In this document: piece by piece, positions 37,601-50,586 of the stretch
Position numbering within the stretch: position 1 is the first letter of the stretch
Layout of the letters: each line of letters begins with the position of its first letter
Assembly: GCA_052327205.1 (NCBI GenBank)
Contig: CM126218.1
Span: 70,494,001-70,558,000, forward strand
Direction of reading: 5' to 3'
DNA length: 64,000 bases
DNA from: Somniosus microcephalus
Lineage: Eukaryota
Notes under the pieces: generated by a model
Told to the model about the DNA's origin: nothing
What the model saw: only the letters and a program-made list of their open reading frames with translations
Databases searched by the model: none
Translations under genes and position numbers: made by a program

Positions 37601-38755
37601 CACACCTCACCACTGAATCATTCCTGGGGTACAGATCCACACCTCACCATTGAATCATTCCTGGGGTACAGATCCACACCTCACCACTGAATCATTCCTG
37701 GGGTACGGATCTACACCTCACCATTGAATCATTCCTGGGGTACGGATCCACATCTCACCACTGAATCATTCCTGGGGTACGGATCCACATCTCACCACTG
37801 AATCATTCCTGGGGTACGGATCCACACCTCACCATTGAATCATTCCTGGGGTACGGATCTACACCCCACCACTGAATCATTCCTGGGGTACGGATCCACA
37901 CTTCACCATTGAATCATTCCTGGAGTACGGATCCACACCCCACCACTGAATCATTCCTGGGGTACGGATCCACACCTCACCATTGAATCATTCCTGGGGT
38001 GCGGATCCACACCTCACCACTGAATCATTCCTGGGGTACGGATCCACACCTCACCATTGAATCATTCCTGGGGTACGGATCCACACCCCACCACTGAATC
38101 ATTCCCGGGGTACGGATCCACACCTCACCATTGAATTATTCCTGGGGTACGGATCCACACCTCACCATTGAATCATTCCTGGGGTACGGATCCACACCTC
38201 ACCATTGAATCATTCCTGGGGTACGGATCCACATCCCACCATTGAATCATTCCTGGGGTACGGATCCACACCTCACCATTGAATCATTCCTGGGGTACAG
38301 ATCCACACCTCACCATTGAATCATTCCTGGGGTACGTATCCACACCTCACCATTGAATCATTCCTGGGGTACGGATCCACACCTCACCATTGAATCATTC
38401 CTGGGGTACGGATCCACACCCCACCATTGAATCATTCCTGGGGTACGGATCCACACCTCACCATTTAATCATTCCTGGGGTACGGATCCACACCCCACCA
38501 TTGAATCATTCCTGGGGTACGGATCCACACCCCACCATTGAATCATTCCTGGGGTACGGATCCACATCCCACCACTGAATCATTCCTGGAGTACGGATCC
38601 ACATCCCACCACTGAATCATTCCTGGGGTACGGATCCACACCTCACCATTGAATCATTCCTGGGGTACAGATCCACATCCCACCACTGAATCATTCCTGG
38701 AGTACGGATCCACATTCCACCACTGAATCATTCCTGGGGTACAGCTCCACACTCG
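34691..38755. repeat. 37-bp minisatellite, about 110 units (about 4.1 kb), in the NRF1 last intron
   Basis: Unit tgaatcattcctggggtacggatccacacctcaccat (contains BamHI GGATCC); period 37 read directly (34691, 34728...). Confidence 0.97.
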
Positions 38756-38859
38756 ACCATCACTCCTGCCAAGTGACCATTATTCAGGTGTGAACCCCGA
38801 CAATACTCGCTTCAGGGGCCTACTCATCAACTCATTCTATGTCCATACACACTTCTAGC

Positions 38860-39180
38860 AGGATGCCTTTGTTACCTCCGGACACAACTATTCCAAAGCT
38901 CTCCTGGTTGGCATCCCACACCCTCCATAAATTTGAGCTCACCCGTGTGCCTGCTGCCCGATCCTAATTCGCACCAAGTCCCGCTCACCCGTGTGCCTGC
39001 TGACCTACATTGGCCCCCAGTCCAGCAACGCATCGATTTTAAAATTCTTACCCTTGTGTTCAAATCCCTCTATGTCTTTGCCCCTCCCTATCTCTGTAAC
39101 CTCCTCTAGCCCTACAACCCTCCGAGATCTCTGCGGTCCTCCAATTCGGGCCTCTTGCGCACCCCCAACTTCCTGCATCC
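38860..39180 (+). mobile_element. L2 LINE fragment
   Basis: Similar to 21110-21420. Confidence 0.75.
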
Positions 39181-39790
39181 GTATCCCTGCAATTTTTTCT
39201 CCTTCAAGTATTTATCCAATTCCCTTTTGAAGGTTACTATTGAATCTGTATCCACCGCCCTATCAGGCAGCGCGTTCCAAATCCCAACCGCTCGTTGCGT
39301 AAAAAAGTTTTTCCTCGTGTCGCCTCTGGTTCTTTTGCAAACAACCTGATGGCACAGATTTAAGGTTATTGACCCTTCAGCCATTGGAAACAGTTTCTCT
39401 TTAGTTACTCTATCTAAACCCTTCATGATTGTAAAAAATCTCCTCTTAGCCTTCTCTGTTCTAAGGAGAACAACCCCAGCTTCTCCAGTCTATCCACATA
39501 ACTGTAGTCCTTCATCCCTGGAACCATTCCAGTAAATCTCTTCTGTATCCTCTCCAAAGCCTTCACATCCTTCCTAAAGTGTGGTGCCCAAAATTGGACA
39601 CAATACTCCAGAAGGGGCCAAACTAGTGTTTTATATAGGTTCAGCATAATTTTTGTACTCTCTGCCTCTATTTATAAAGCCCAGGATCCCATATGCTTTA
39701 TTAACTGCTTTGATAACATGTCCTGCCACCTTCAAAGATTTGTGCACAAGCACCCCAGGTCTCTCTTCTTGCATCCCCCTTTAGAATTGT
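39180..39790 (-). mobile_element. CR1 3' fragment
   Basis: [16 protein letters not shown]...KNFFTQRAVGIWNALP. Confidence 0.85.
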
Positions 39791-40224
39791 ACTCCTAGGC
39801 TTGGACTTGAATGCAACCCACCCTGACAGGAGGAAAGTCTCCTCTCTCGATGGGCTGTAATGTGAGGTGAGTTGAAGGCAGTTGTAGGTGTTCCTCGTGG
39901 GTGCAAGTCCACAGTGTGGAAATACCCATAACTAAACCGGAAAACTCACTCAAATAGGGAATGGCTGGTACGCAACGTTGAAAGGTTACATTTACACTAG
40001 TGTAGTGGAGGGTGATCTTCTGAGGCTGGGACTGACACACTCTGGTAGTGGAGCAGAAGGAACTTCAACTCTGCAGTTAGTTCTATAGCTGACTTAGGAG
40101 CATGGCTGCCAACGCTGGGCGATAAAAGGAGAATAGGAGAGGACATCGAGTAACTCAGCAGGTGGGCTTTGGCCTTTCAGCTCCTGGATTGAGTTTAAAT
40201 TCAGCCCAGACGGTCTTCTGACTA

Positions 40225-40557
40225 CAGGAAACTTTGGTTTATCCGGAGGTTAACTGTCTGGAATGCTCGAGCCACCGGCAAAAATCAGGAGCCGTTTCGT
40301 TAGGTTTTTTTTCTTTTCGTTGCTTTTTTCCCCCACCAGTCAGGCTCTGCAAGGTCTCGCTGAAGCTGTTGCTAAGCTACAGAGACGCTTGCAAGGTACG
40401 GCCGACTGTTTAGAAGCTGTTGCTAAGCAACAGTGTTCGTTGCCAGATACGGAGCTCAAAATCTCTATGTTTCAACATTAGTGCTGGTTTGTCTGGCAGT
40501 TTTGATGGGACAGCAACAGCTCGGTCCCGTCGGTGCCGGATAGCACAAAGTTTCCTG
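40225..40557. mobile_element. Tc1/mariner-pogo (Tigger-like) MITE
   Basis: TIR CAGGAAACTTT / AAAGTTTCCTG flanked by TA; related copy in opposite orientation at 49346-49669. Confidence 0.85.
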
Positions 40558-41224
40558 TATAAAAGTCTTGTATGAAATGAGTCCGGGATAGTTTAAATGC
40601 AAACCCTATTGGGCGTGGAGATAAAGCTGGCCACAGGATGTCGGACCTGGGAAATGGAAAAATGTCACACATGCAGTACAGACAGGATGCCCTTCTGAGG
40701 TTGGAGGCCAGGCACATTAGTAGGGCGGACTGGAACTTAACTCTACATCTAATCATGCTGTACCTGACCTGGGAGGGCTTGGTGCCAACACTGGGTGTTA
40801 AAGGTAGGACAGGGTTCATTTCCGAACACGGACACCCCTCACATTAGTAGGCTTTTCTAGGAGTTGCAGCTAAGAGTCAAGTCAACTTCCAAGGCTCCTC
40901 AATCTCGGTGCTACCGAGTGTCAGCACCAAAGAGAGCTGAAGCACTTCCAACACAAACCCTGGGCCGTTCCCCACAAACCCTCCTCTACTGGGTGAGAAA
41001 CAACATTGGGGGAAAAGCTGTACTAATCTATACTAGTAAGGAGTTTACTGGGGGAGAGAGAGAAAGGTTTGAGAAATTCTCTTTCATTAAATGGAGAAGC
41101 ATGGACAGGCCATAGATGAACAAAGGGATTTATGGGTTGAGGTACACAAGTCTTTAAAAGCGAGTTCACAGGGGCAAAAAGTGACCAAAAAGGGATATGA
41201 ATACAAGGATAGGAAATGGGGATT

Positions 41225-41640
41225 AAAAAAAATTCTCAACGTGGGCGTTGCTGGCAAGGTCAGCATTTATTGCTCATCCCTAGCTGCCTTGAGAAGGTAG
41301 TGTTGGGCTGTCTTGAACCACTGCAGTTGTTTGATACAATTGAGGGGCTTTCCAATGCCACTTGAGGCAGTTCCGAGTCAAGCACGTTAGTCTGGGACTG
41401 GAGTCACATATAGGCCAGACTGGGCGAGGACAGCAGGTTGCCTTCCTAAAGCGCATTAGTTCAGTTGGGTTTTTACAACAATCTGACAGCTTCATGGTCA
41501 CTTTTTACTGACATGAGCTTAAAACATTTCTTTTCCAGAATCTTTAAAAGCTGAATTCAAATTGTCAAACTGCCAGTGAAATTTTGAACTCCCATTCACT
41601 GGATTACTAGTCCAGTAACATAGCCACGACACTACCGTGC
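41225..41640 (-). mobile_element. tRNA-derived SINE (same family as 7455-7765)
   Basis: Minus-strand head ggtagtgtcgtggctatgttactggactagtaatcc...gagttcaaa and tail gcaataaatgctgaccttgccagc. Confidence 0.7.
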
Positions 41641-42869
41641 TCCCAGTGAATGTGGAGCTGCCAAGGCTAACAAAATAAAGGAGCATGTTCGCTGGACCTA
41701 CTGCTGTTCCTAAAGGTGCTTCCTGGTAAAATTAAAATCACTAAAGGTGTCAAATTATTTAGTTGAGAAAACTAATTATACATGAACATTTCCTACATCC
41801 ACCATTATACTTTACTCAACTCCAAGTGACAGCAGTGCAGGTGCTGGCTCATTCAGAGCTTATGGTGCCCTGCTAAAAGGCGACCAGGCTGTGGGCTAAT
41901 TGCTGCGAATGGCCTCTCTCAGCCTTCTATGCTCCAAAGCTCATTATCCTATATCTTAAACTATGGTTGGTAGTAGCTGCCCTGCAATAGATTACCAGGC
42001 AGCGCAATCTGCACACGAGTCGATTACAATAATTACTGCTCTGCTAATCGACTTCATTTTTTACAGTAAAATCTGTCACTCTTGATCACCTGTCTCCATT
42101 TGGAATTATTTTCAGATGTACAGATGGATAAAAAATCTGCCCTAATGCAATTGGTACAATCTTTTTTATCACCCTGCTTTACAATCAGCCTCCACTCCTT
42201 TAATTTGCATGTAATGGCCGCATCAGGGACAATGTCACACGTCCCACGCGCTATGTTAAAGCTATTGCACATTGAAGCTTTTCCTTGCTGCTGCCCCTCC
42301 CCTCGATTTTCTCACCCCCTCTCCTGAAGGTTTGAATTGTTGCTGGAGTATAGTTCCACAGGTGCTGGCAGCCCTCTGGTACCTTGCTGAAGGGGCCGTT
42401 CTTCATGTGCGAGCCCGGACAATGAGGGCAGGTCGGATATTTGACTGTGGGGGCATCACAATTAAGCTTAATCCTAACCACCTCTAACGCCCACACTTTG
42501 CTAGCAGTTATTGGACAGCTATCAGGAGCAGGAAGATACAAGGATGAGAGAGAACGAGAGCAGAGTAGTGGGATTAGTTTTTGATTGTTCTAGCAAAGAG
42601 CCAGCACAGAAGTGATGGGTCAAATGGTCTCCTTCAGTGGTGTAAACTTCTATGAGAATACCGCTTTACTGGCTGGCTCATGTTCCTTGGCCTAGGGAAC
42701 TAACATGATCTATATTGTCCCTATTACTGCCCTGGCTGAGATCAATTAACTCATTGGATGGTGAGTGCTACACTGTCTTTACTCACTAGGCCATGAGATT
42801 TAGAAGAAATTTAACTCGCTAGAATGCTCTCCCATTGGCTCCGCTGCTGGGTACTCAACCGTCTGACTT

Positions 42870-43505
42870 GGAATCACAGAATTTTACAGCATTGAAGGTG
42901 GCCATTCAGCTCATCGTGCCTGTGCCAGCTCTTTGAAAGAGCTAGCCAATTAGTCCCACTCCCCAGCTCTTTCCTCAGAACCCTGCAATTTTCTCCCCTT
43001 CAAGTATTTCTCCAATTCCCGTTTGAAAGCTACTACAGAATCTGCTTCCACCGTCCTTTCAGGCAGTGTATTCCAGATCACAACAACTTGCTGCGTAAAA
43101 AAAATTCTCTGCATCTTTTGCCAATGATCTTAAATCGGTGTCCTCTGGTTACCGACTGTTCTGCCACTGGAAACAGTTTCTCCTTAATTACTCTATAAAA
43201 ACCCATCATGATTTTGAGCGCCTCTATCAAATCTCCCCTTAACCTTCTCTGCTCTAAGGAGAACAATCACAGCTTCTCTAGTCTCGCCATCCCTGGTACC
43301 ATCCTGGTAAATTTCCTCTGCACCCTCTCCAAAGTCTTGACATCCTTGCTAAAGCGTGATGCCCAGAATTGGATACAATACTCCAGCTGAGATCTAACCA
43401 GTGATTTATAAAGGTCTAGCATACCTTCCTTGCTTTTGCCCTCTATGCCTCTATATATAAAGCCAAGGATCAGCCTCATCAACTTATCCTGCCATCTTCA
43501 AAGAC
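42870..43505 (-). mobile_element. CR1 3' fragment
   Basis: LEYCIQFW...KDVKTLERVQRKFTRMVPG; RLRGDLIE; CR1 3' UTR. Confidence 0.85.
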
Positions 43506-43994
43506 TTGGAGGCCAGAGTGCAACCACTAGGCCAAGCTCACACCTAATGTGCTAGTAAGTTGCCAATTAGTGAATATTTTAACCCTAGCAATGTTTTTTG
43601 TGGGAGTGGTCACAATCTGTTCTGGGACATCTTCACACCAATGTTCAGTTTCTTCCCCATTCTCACTGTGAGTACTTCTCTAAATCATGCACCTTCTCCG
43701 ACTTGGGTGATACCATGCAGACTGGGCCCTCTTATATTCAGCAGTTTTAAAATGAACTATAGATCACAGGTTTGAATCTTTACCAATACTGATTTCTCGA
43801 TCCGGTTTGTTGCACCCAGGGGCTTTCTGTAGTTTGCTGCCCGTGGAACTGCGGCAGACAGCGGTCAACTGGCAAGAAGCGGCAACCTTTACAGGAACGT
43901 ACAAGGCCACTGTGAATTGCAAAATATGAGAGGGGAATATGATGGAAATGGCACTGACACACGCAATATGAAACCAGCACCACTAGCACAAGCA

Positions 43995-44230
43995 TCCCCT
44001 ACTTTCATCGCTCCACCATTTGGTGGCCGTGCCTTCAGCTGCCTCAGCCCCAAGCTAAACCTTTCTACCTCTCTCCCCTCCTTTAAGTCACTCCTTAAAA
44101 CCTACCCTTTTCACTAAACCTGTCCTAATATCTCCTTATCTGGCTCAAATTTTGTTTGATAATGCTCCTGTGTAGCGTCTTGGGACGTTTTACTAATTTA
44201 AAGGCGCTACATAAATGCAGGTTGTTGCTG
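43995..44230 (+). mobile_element. L2 LINE 3' end
   Basis: GGRAFSCLSPK...FKSLLKTY and L2 tail. Confidence 0.75.
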
Positions 44231-47200
44231 CTTTGCAGACATTTCACTAATGTTGGCTGCTCCAAGTGGCCTTTCTTATTGTCTCCAAACATCACTCAAA
44301 TACACTCAGCAACTTTCTACAAGGGGCCAGACACCACTTGTTTATTCGTCGCCATGATGAACAGATTTACTTTATTTCCCAAATTGTCTCCTTTCCTTCT
44401 GAAGGTGACGATTCTTTGGGGAGGCATCTCACCCAAGTGGCCATGCATGAGGCCAGATAATGAGCTACTCAACGATGGAGGTCATCCAGATCCAATATCC
44501 ACACACACATTCCACCAGGGGATTGGGGGGGCGGGGGGGATCACTGGATATTCGTCAGGGGCAAGAACCTTTGGGAGAGTTGGCCCTCCCTAAATGAGGA
44601 ATACTGATCTCACTGTAATACCCATACCATTATACTAGCTTGACAGCAGGTTACTCAGCACAGATTATGGCTCAAAATGGAACCTTCCTGGCTCAACTCC
44701 GCACTGGGTAAACTCACTGAGCCATTAGAGAGCTTTCTGGAATCTGCTTTTAACAAAAGCAAAGTCAACTGTTGCAACTGGTTTTATTCCACCGCCACTG
44801 AGCTAAGGAGGAATAGAGAGAAAGGCCAGAGTGGGGGGGGGGGGGTTCCAGCCGAGTATCTACAGTGTGGCACAAAGGGGTGATTTGTTCTGTAGCTCCT
44901 CCGCTGGTGATTACAGGCTGCAGATTACTGCAGTCACGTGAGCTGCTTAGAACAAGGCAAGCTGTCAGCCGCTGCTAAGGTCAGCGTGAGCTTTCTATGC
45001 AAAGCTCGGAAAAGATGGAGGGTGGAAGGAGAAGAGACAGAGAAAGAAATGAATCTTCTATTTTTCTACGCTTTAACCTGTTCAATACAGAGCTGTAGCT
45101 CATCGTGTCCCTCAGTCTTTCTTCTCTTTATCCTTAAGCTTAGTGTGGCCAGTCATTTCATTTATCTTAGCGTTTTCAATTCTTTTTAACTTGGGACATA
45201 TAGACCTTAACCTAAATCTCCACCTTATCAACTCCAACACACACACATTATAATTGCTTATCAGTGCCTTGGTGGCTAACCCATTTGGCTTCTAATGTTA
45301 TTTTCCCCCAGTTCTAGCCTGTGTGGGGCTGCACCATACTATACTGTGCCAGCATTTCACCTCACTCTCCTGTATGAAGAGGCCAGACTGAGTTCCAACA
45401 AAACCGGCGCTGGAATTGAAACCGGATCTACGATTACTCAGCTGCTCAAAGGACAAATGCATCGACTGAAAAGAAACAAATCGCACCCGAAACGAGCTGG
45501 GTCTCAGTCCAAGTGACATCAGTATAATGCCGTGCGAGATGTGGCAGACACTGAGTCAGGACAGAGGGGTTCTTTAATGGAGGACGTACATTTGCACCAA
45601 CTCGTGGAATAAACGGGATTGGATTTGTTTCTCTGCTTAAAACTCTGGTACTAGTTTGCAGCTATAGAATTTCAACCCCAAAGATAAAGCAGTCCTGCAT
45701 CAGTATGCGACATCAGAGGTTACCAGCATAGGTTGGAGAATAGGAGGAGATAAAACATATGTATGCATGCAGACACACATGCACAGACATGCATGCAGAC
45801 ACACTCACATTCATGTGCATGCACAGCAAGGAGGTTTTTTGGGAGATGCAGAAAATAAAGATCAATGATTAATTTAAGAGCAATTTGTTCTTTGGGAGCT
45901 CCTATCGTCCCAGTGGCTAAAGGCAGTACCCAGAACAGTGTGACGTTATGCAGGCCTGTAGGTACCAGGTTCGATTCCCGGTCTGTGCCAAGTTCCTACA
46001 ATCGGAAGTTTCTTTTCCAAGCTTGGTATCTGATCACACAGATACGGAGCGAGGAAGGTCATGTGGACCGTCCTACCTCTCAACCAGAAAGAACCTACAG
46101 CTTGCCCCATCTCATCACAATATCCAGCTCCTTCTTAAATGCTGCCAGGACATTTTTTTCCATACCCTACCCAGAAACACTCACATGCCGATTGCTCTGT
46201 GCCAAATGTCAGCCCCAAATTTGCTGTTCACTAGTTTCAACCCGAAGCCTCCTTGTTCCAGTTTAATTTGAATTGGTGTTGCTCACTCCTTCCTCATTCA
46301 CCTCATCTTCTCTTGCTTAACAGCCTCGTTCTGTACTTTGGGATTTGGCATATTACTTGGGTTTCTCGATAAAGACAAACTATTTTAACAGCAAAAGCTG
46401 CTGAATTGATGGGAGGGTTCCCTGGTTTAAATAGTCTTTATGCACAAAATCACCGAAACGTTCATTTTAAATTTAAACTGGCTGTTCCTTTCCTCTCTTT
46501 TTTTGGAAAGTGGGTTTTTATATCTCTCATCAGTCACTGGTTCATGTGTCAGTGCTGCAAGCTCAATGCCACGTTATCCTTTTCTTTCTTAATGAGCTTT
46601 GTCAATTCTGCTGTCACCGTGTTTTAAGAGTCTTAGGCAAATAGCAACCATACACCCATTTACTGGTGATGACATCATTTAATCTGTACGCTGGACCCTG
46701 AGAGACACTTGACTCTGGGCGGCCTGCGTTAGACGGCAGTGACCTTGAGAGGTTATTGCTGAATGTTCTGACAGAAGCAGTAATTGCCAGAAGAAGTCAG
46801 GAGCTGCTCTCACACTGCACTATTCCAACAGCAGCAAATCCATTCATAATTTTTTTTTTTTTTAAACACACATTTCCCTTTTTTGTGCTAATCAGGGGTA
46901 GTTGTGATAGAGAATATGGGAGAAATGGAGAGAAATTTGGGGAAGGGGCGAAGAGAGAAAGACACGAGTCAAAATGATTCATTTTGGACACTGTTCCAAA
47001 CAGAACAAAATATCTCCCTGCGCAGCCAGGTTTAATTTAATTGCACTGTTGACTGTAAGCACACTCAAATCCTGATAAAAAGCATTTACCATCGTGCCAA
47101 GAAATCTGGAAATGTAATCAGGGTTACGCTGAGATCAAGATTTCTAAAAATATCTACTGTTGCATCTCTGCGCCCTTGGCCCAATGAACTATTGGTACCA

Positions 47201-47443
47201 CCTGAACTTCAGCAGAAAGAAGGACACGGCAGAGAAACATATTGGACCTCTAAAAAAAAACAACACTGTTGTCTTCAGATGAAACTTGTCAGTGTCCATA
47301 TCTACTATAAACATACTGGTGGATCTCCAAAGAGGAATGGATGGAAAAGGTTTGGTCAACTGGGATTTTATACAGCAAGAGCAAGTGAGAAGAGTTTAGC
47401 TCATCATAATTCTATAATGAGAATTAGTGAAAAGGGTTTCATC

Positions 47444-47646
47444 CATTAGAATTCTATAGGGTGAATGAAGGAGGTTTCGTCCATTGGAATTCTATAGGGT
47501 GAATGAAGGAGGTTTCGTCCATTAGACTTCTATAGGGTGAATGAAGGAGGTTTCGTCCATTAGACTTCTATAGGGTGAATGAAGGAGGTTTCGTCCATTA
47601 GAATTCTATAGGGTGAATGAAGGAGGTTTCGTCCATTGGAATTCTA
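47444..47646. repeat. 38-bp tandem repeat, about 5 units
   Basis: Unit cattagaattctatagggtgaatgaaggaggtttcgtc. Confidence 0.92.
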
Positions 47647-47699
47647 AACTTGTACCATTTGTGTGAGGCCAGCCAGCACCTGTGGAAACACACCAGTGC

Positions 47700-48395
47700 C
47701 CTGGTGGTGTACATTTCCATGGCTGCTGGTTCCCTGCTGGTGTGTGTTTCCACGGGTGCTGGTTCCCTGCTGGTGTGTGTTTCCACAGGTGCTGAATCCC
47801 TGCTGCTGGTGTGTTTCCACGGGTGCTGGTTCCCTGCTGGTGTGCGTTTCCACAGGTGCTGACTCCCTGCTGGTGTGTGTTTCCACAGGTGCTGGCTCCC
47901 TGCTGGTGTGTGTTTCCACAGGTGCTGGTTCCCTGCTGGTGTGTGTTTCCACAGGTGCTGGCTCCCTGCTGGTGTGTGTTTCCACAGGTGCTGGTTCCCT
48001 GCTGGTGTGTGTTTCCACAGGTGCTGGTTCCCTGCTGGTGTGTGTTTCCACAGGTCCTGGCTCCCTGCTGGTGTGTGTTTTCATGGGTGCTGGTTCCCTG
48101 CTGGTGTGTTTCCACAGGTGCTGGTTCCCTGCTGGTGTGTTTCTCCACGGATGCTGGCTGTGATTCCACAGGTGCTGGTTCCCTGCTGGTGTGTTTCCAC
48201 GGGTGCTGGTTCCCTGCTGGTGTGTGTTTTCATGGGTGCTGTTTCCCTGCTGGTGTGTGTTTCCACAGGTGCTGGTTCTCTGCTGGTGTGTTTCTCCACG
48301 GGTGCTGGCTCCCTGCTGGTGTGTGTGATTCCACAGGTGCTGGCTCCCTGCTGGTGTGTGTTTTCATGGGTGCCGGTTCCCTGCTGGTATATGTT
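47700..48395. repeat. About 33-bp minisatellite, about 21 units
   Basis: Unit ggtgctggttccctgctggtgtgtgtttccaca; stop-free, which explains the overlapping repetitive ORFs. Confidence 0.93.
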
Positions 48396-49345
48396 TAGTA
48401 GATTTTGACATTTGTGCTGAGCAACATTTTAGGTCCCTTCTGTTCCCCTCAAACCCCGCGCCCCCTAGGGCACAAATGCTCTGCGTGCTAGACAGATCAA
48501 TTTGAGATTCATCCTCAGGCACGTGGGCCAAAATCTGCTTAAACTGGTGGGACTATGAGGATTATTGCAGACATATTTTTAGATATGAGCTGAGAATTAC
48601 ATTTCCTGTCATAACAACCTTTGTCCCTAAAGCCTATGCACACACAGACAGAGGCACAGAGTCACACACACACAGGCACAGACACATAGCAACAGGAGTA
48701 GGCCATTTAGCCCCTCTAGCCTGTTCCACCATTCAATGAGATTATAGCTGATCTGTGACCTAACTACATACGCCTTTGACCCATACCCCTCAATACTTTT
48801 GGTTAATAAAAGTCTATCATTCTCAGATTTAAAATTAACAATTGACCTAGCAACAATTGTCGTTTGCGGAAGTGAGTTCCGAACTTCTACACACAAAGGG
48901 TGGTAGAAGTGTTTCCTAACTTCACTCCTGAAAGGCCTGGCTCTAATTTTTACACTATGCCCCAGCCAGCAGAAATAGTTTCTATCTACCCTATCAGTTC
49001 CCCTTAATATCTTGAAAACTTCGATCAAATCATCTCTCAACCTTCTAAATTCTAGGGAATACAACCCTAGTTTGTGTAATTTCTCCTCGTAATTTAACCC
49101 TTGAAGTCCAGGTATCATTCTGGTAAACCTACGCTGCACTCCCTCCAAGGCCAATATACCCTTCCTAAGGTGTGGTGCCCAGAACTGCTCACAGTGCTCC
49201 GGGTGTGGTCTAACCAGGGTTTTGTGTAGCTGCAGCATAACTTCTACCCCCTTGTATTCTAGTCCTCTAGATATAAAGGCCAACATTCCATTAGCCGCCT
49301 TGATTATTTTCTGTACCTGTTCATGACATTTTAATGATCTATGTA

Positions 49346-49669
49346 CAGGAAACTTTCTAGTATCCGGCACGGACGGGACCGACGTGGCGCCGGTTCATCA
49401 ACAATTCCGGATAACCGAACGCTATAGTAAAAGGTACGGAGCTCAGAGCTCCGTCTAAAGCAACAAACCCTGTTGCTTCTTCAAAACAATCGGCACAAGT
49501 TGCAAGCGTCTCTGTAGCTTAGCAACAGCTTCAGCTACACCCTTGCACAGAAACAAATGGAGTAAAAAAAGTAATAAAAGTAATAAAAGTTATCTGAACC
49601 GACTCCTGAATTTTGACGGTGGATAGAGCGTTCCGGTTAATTAGGGGCCGGTTAATTGAAAGTTTCCTG
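49346..49669. mobile_element. Tc1/mariner-pogo MITE inserted in CR1
   Basis: TA-CAGGAAACTTTC ... GAAAGTTTCCTG-TA; removal restores the CR1 sequence ctatgtacctggacc. Confidence 0.88.
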
Positions 49670-50586
49670 TACCTGGACCCCCAAGTCTCTTTGGACCATC
49701 ACTGTTTCTAGCTTTTCACCATTTAGAAAATACTCTGTTCTATCCTTTTTAGGTCCAAAGTGGATGACCTCACATTTGCCTATACTGAAATCCATTTGTC
49801 AGTTTGCCTATTTGCTTAATCTATTAATAGCTTTTTGTAATTTTATGCTTCAATCTACACTGCTTACAATGCGTTTATCTTTGTGTCATTGGCAAACTTG
49901 AATATGTGGCTTTCTATCCCATCATCTAAGTCGTTAATAAATATGGTGAATAGTTGAGGCCCCAACACAGATCCTTGCGGGACACCACTAGTCATATCCT
50001 GCCAATTAGAGTACCTGCCCATTATCCCTACTCTCTGTCTGCTGCCGCTCAGTCAATTTCCAAACCAGGTCGATAATTTGCCTTCCATTCCATGAGCTTC
50101 AACTTTAGCTAACAGTCTCTTATGTGGGACTTTATCAAATGCCTTCTGGAAGTCCATATAAATAACATCCATAGACATTTCCCCTGTCCACTACTTCAGT
50201 CACCTCTTCAAAAAATTCCATCAGGTTCGTCAGGCATGACCTACCCGTTACAAATCCATGCTGGCTCTCTCTGATCAGCTGAACATTTTCAGGGTGTTCA
50301 GTAACTCTATCCTTAATTGTAGACTCTAGTAATTTCCTGACAACAGATATTAGGCTAACTGGTCTAGAATTCCCTGGTTTCCCTCTCTCACCTTTCTTAA
50401 ATAGTGGAGTGACAATTTTCCAATCTAAAGGAACAGTTTCTGAATTGAGAGAACTTTGGAAGATTATAGTTAGGGCATCTGCAATGTTTTCACCTACATC
50501 CTTTAAACCCTGGGATGGAAACCATCTGGTCCTGGGGATTTATTACTCTTTAGTGCCATTATTTTCTTCATTACTGTTATTTTGCT

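Noticed and set aside
34691-38755. 37-bp repeat array resembling a CRISPR repeat length
   Set aside because: Units are contiguous with no unique spacers, there are no cas genes and the context is vertebrate; it is a minisatellite
45895-46000. tRNA-like sequence with B box ggttcgattcc
   Set aside because: No complete cloverleaf; most consistent with a degenerate SINE head
47598-48408. Multiple 146-195 aa repetitive ORFs on both strands
   Set aside because: Artefact of a stop-free 33-bp tandem repeat; no splice or homology support
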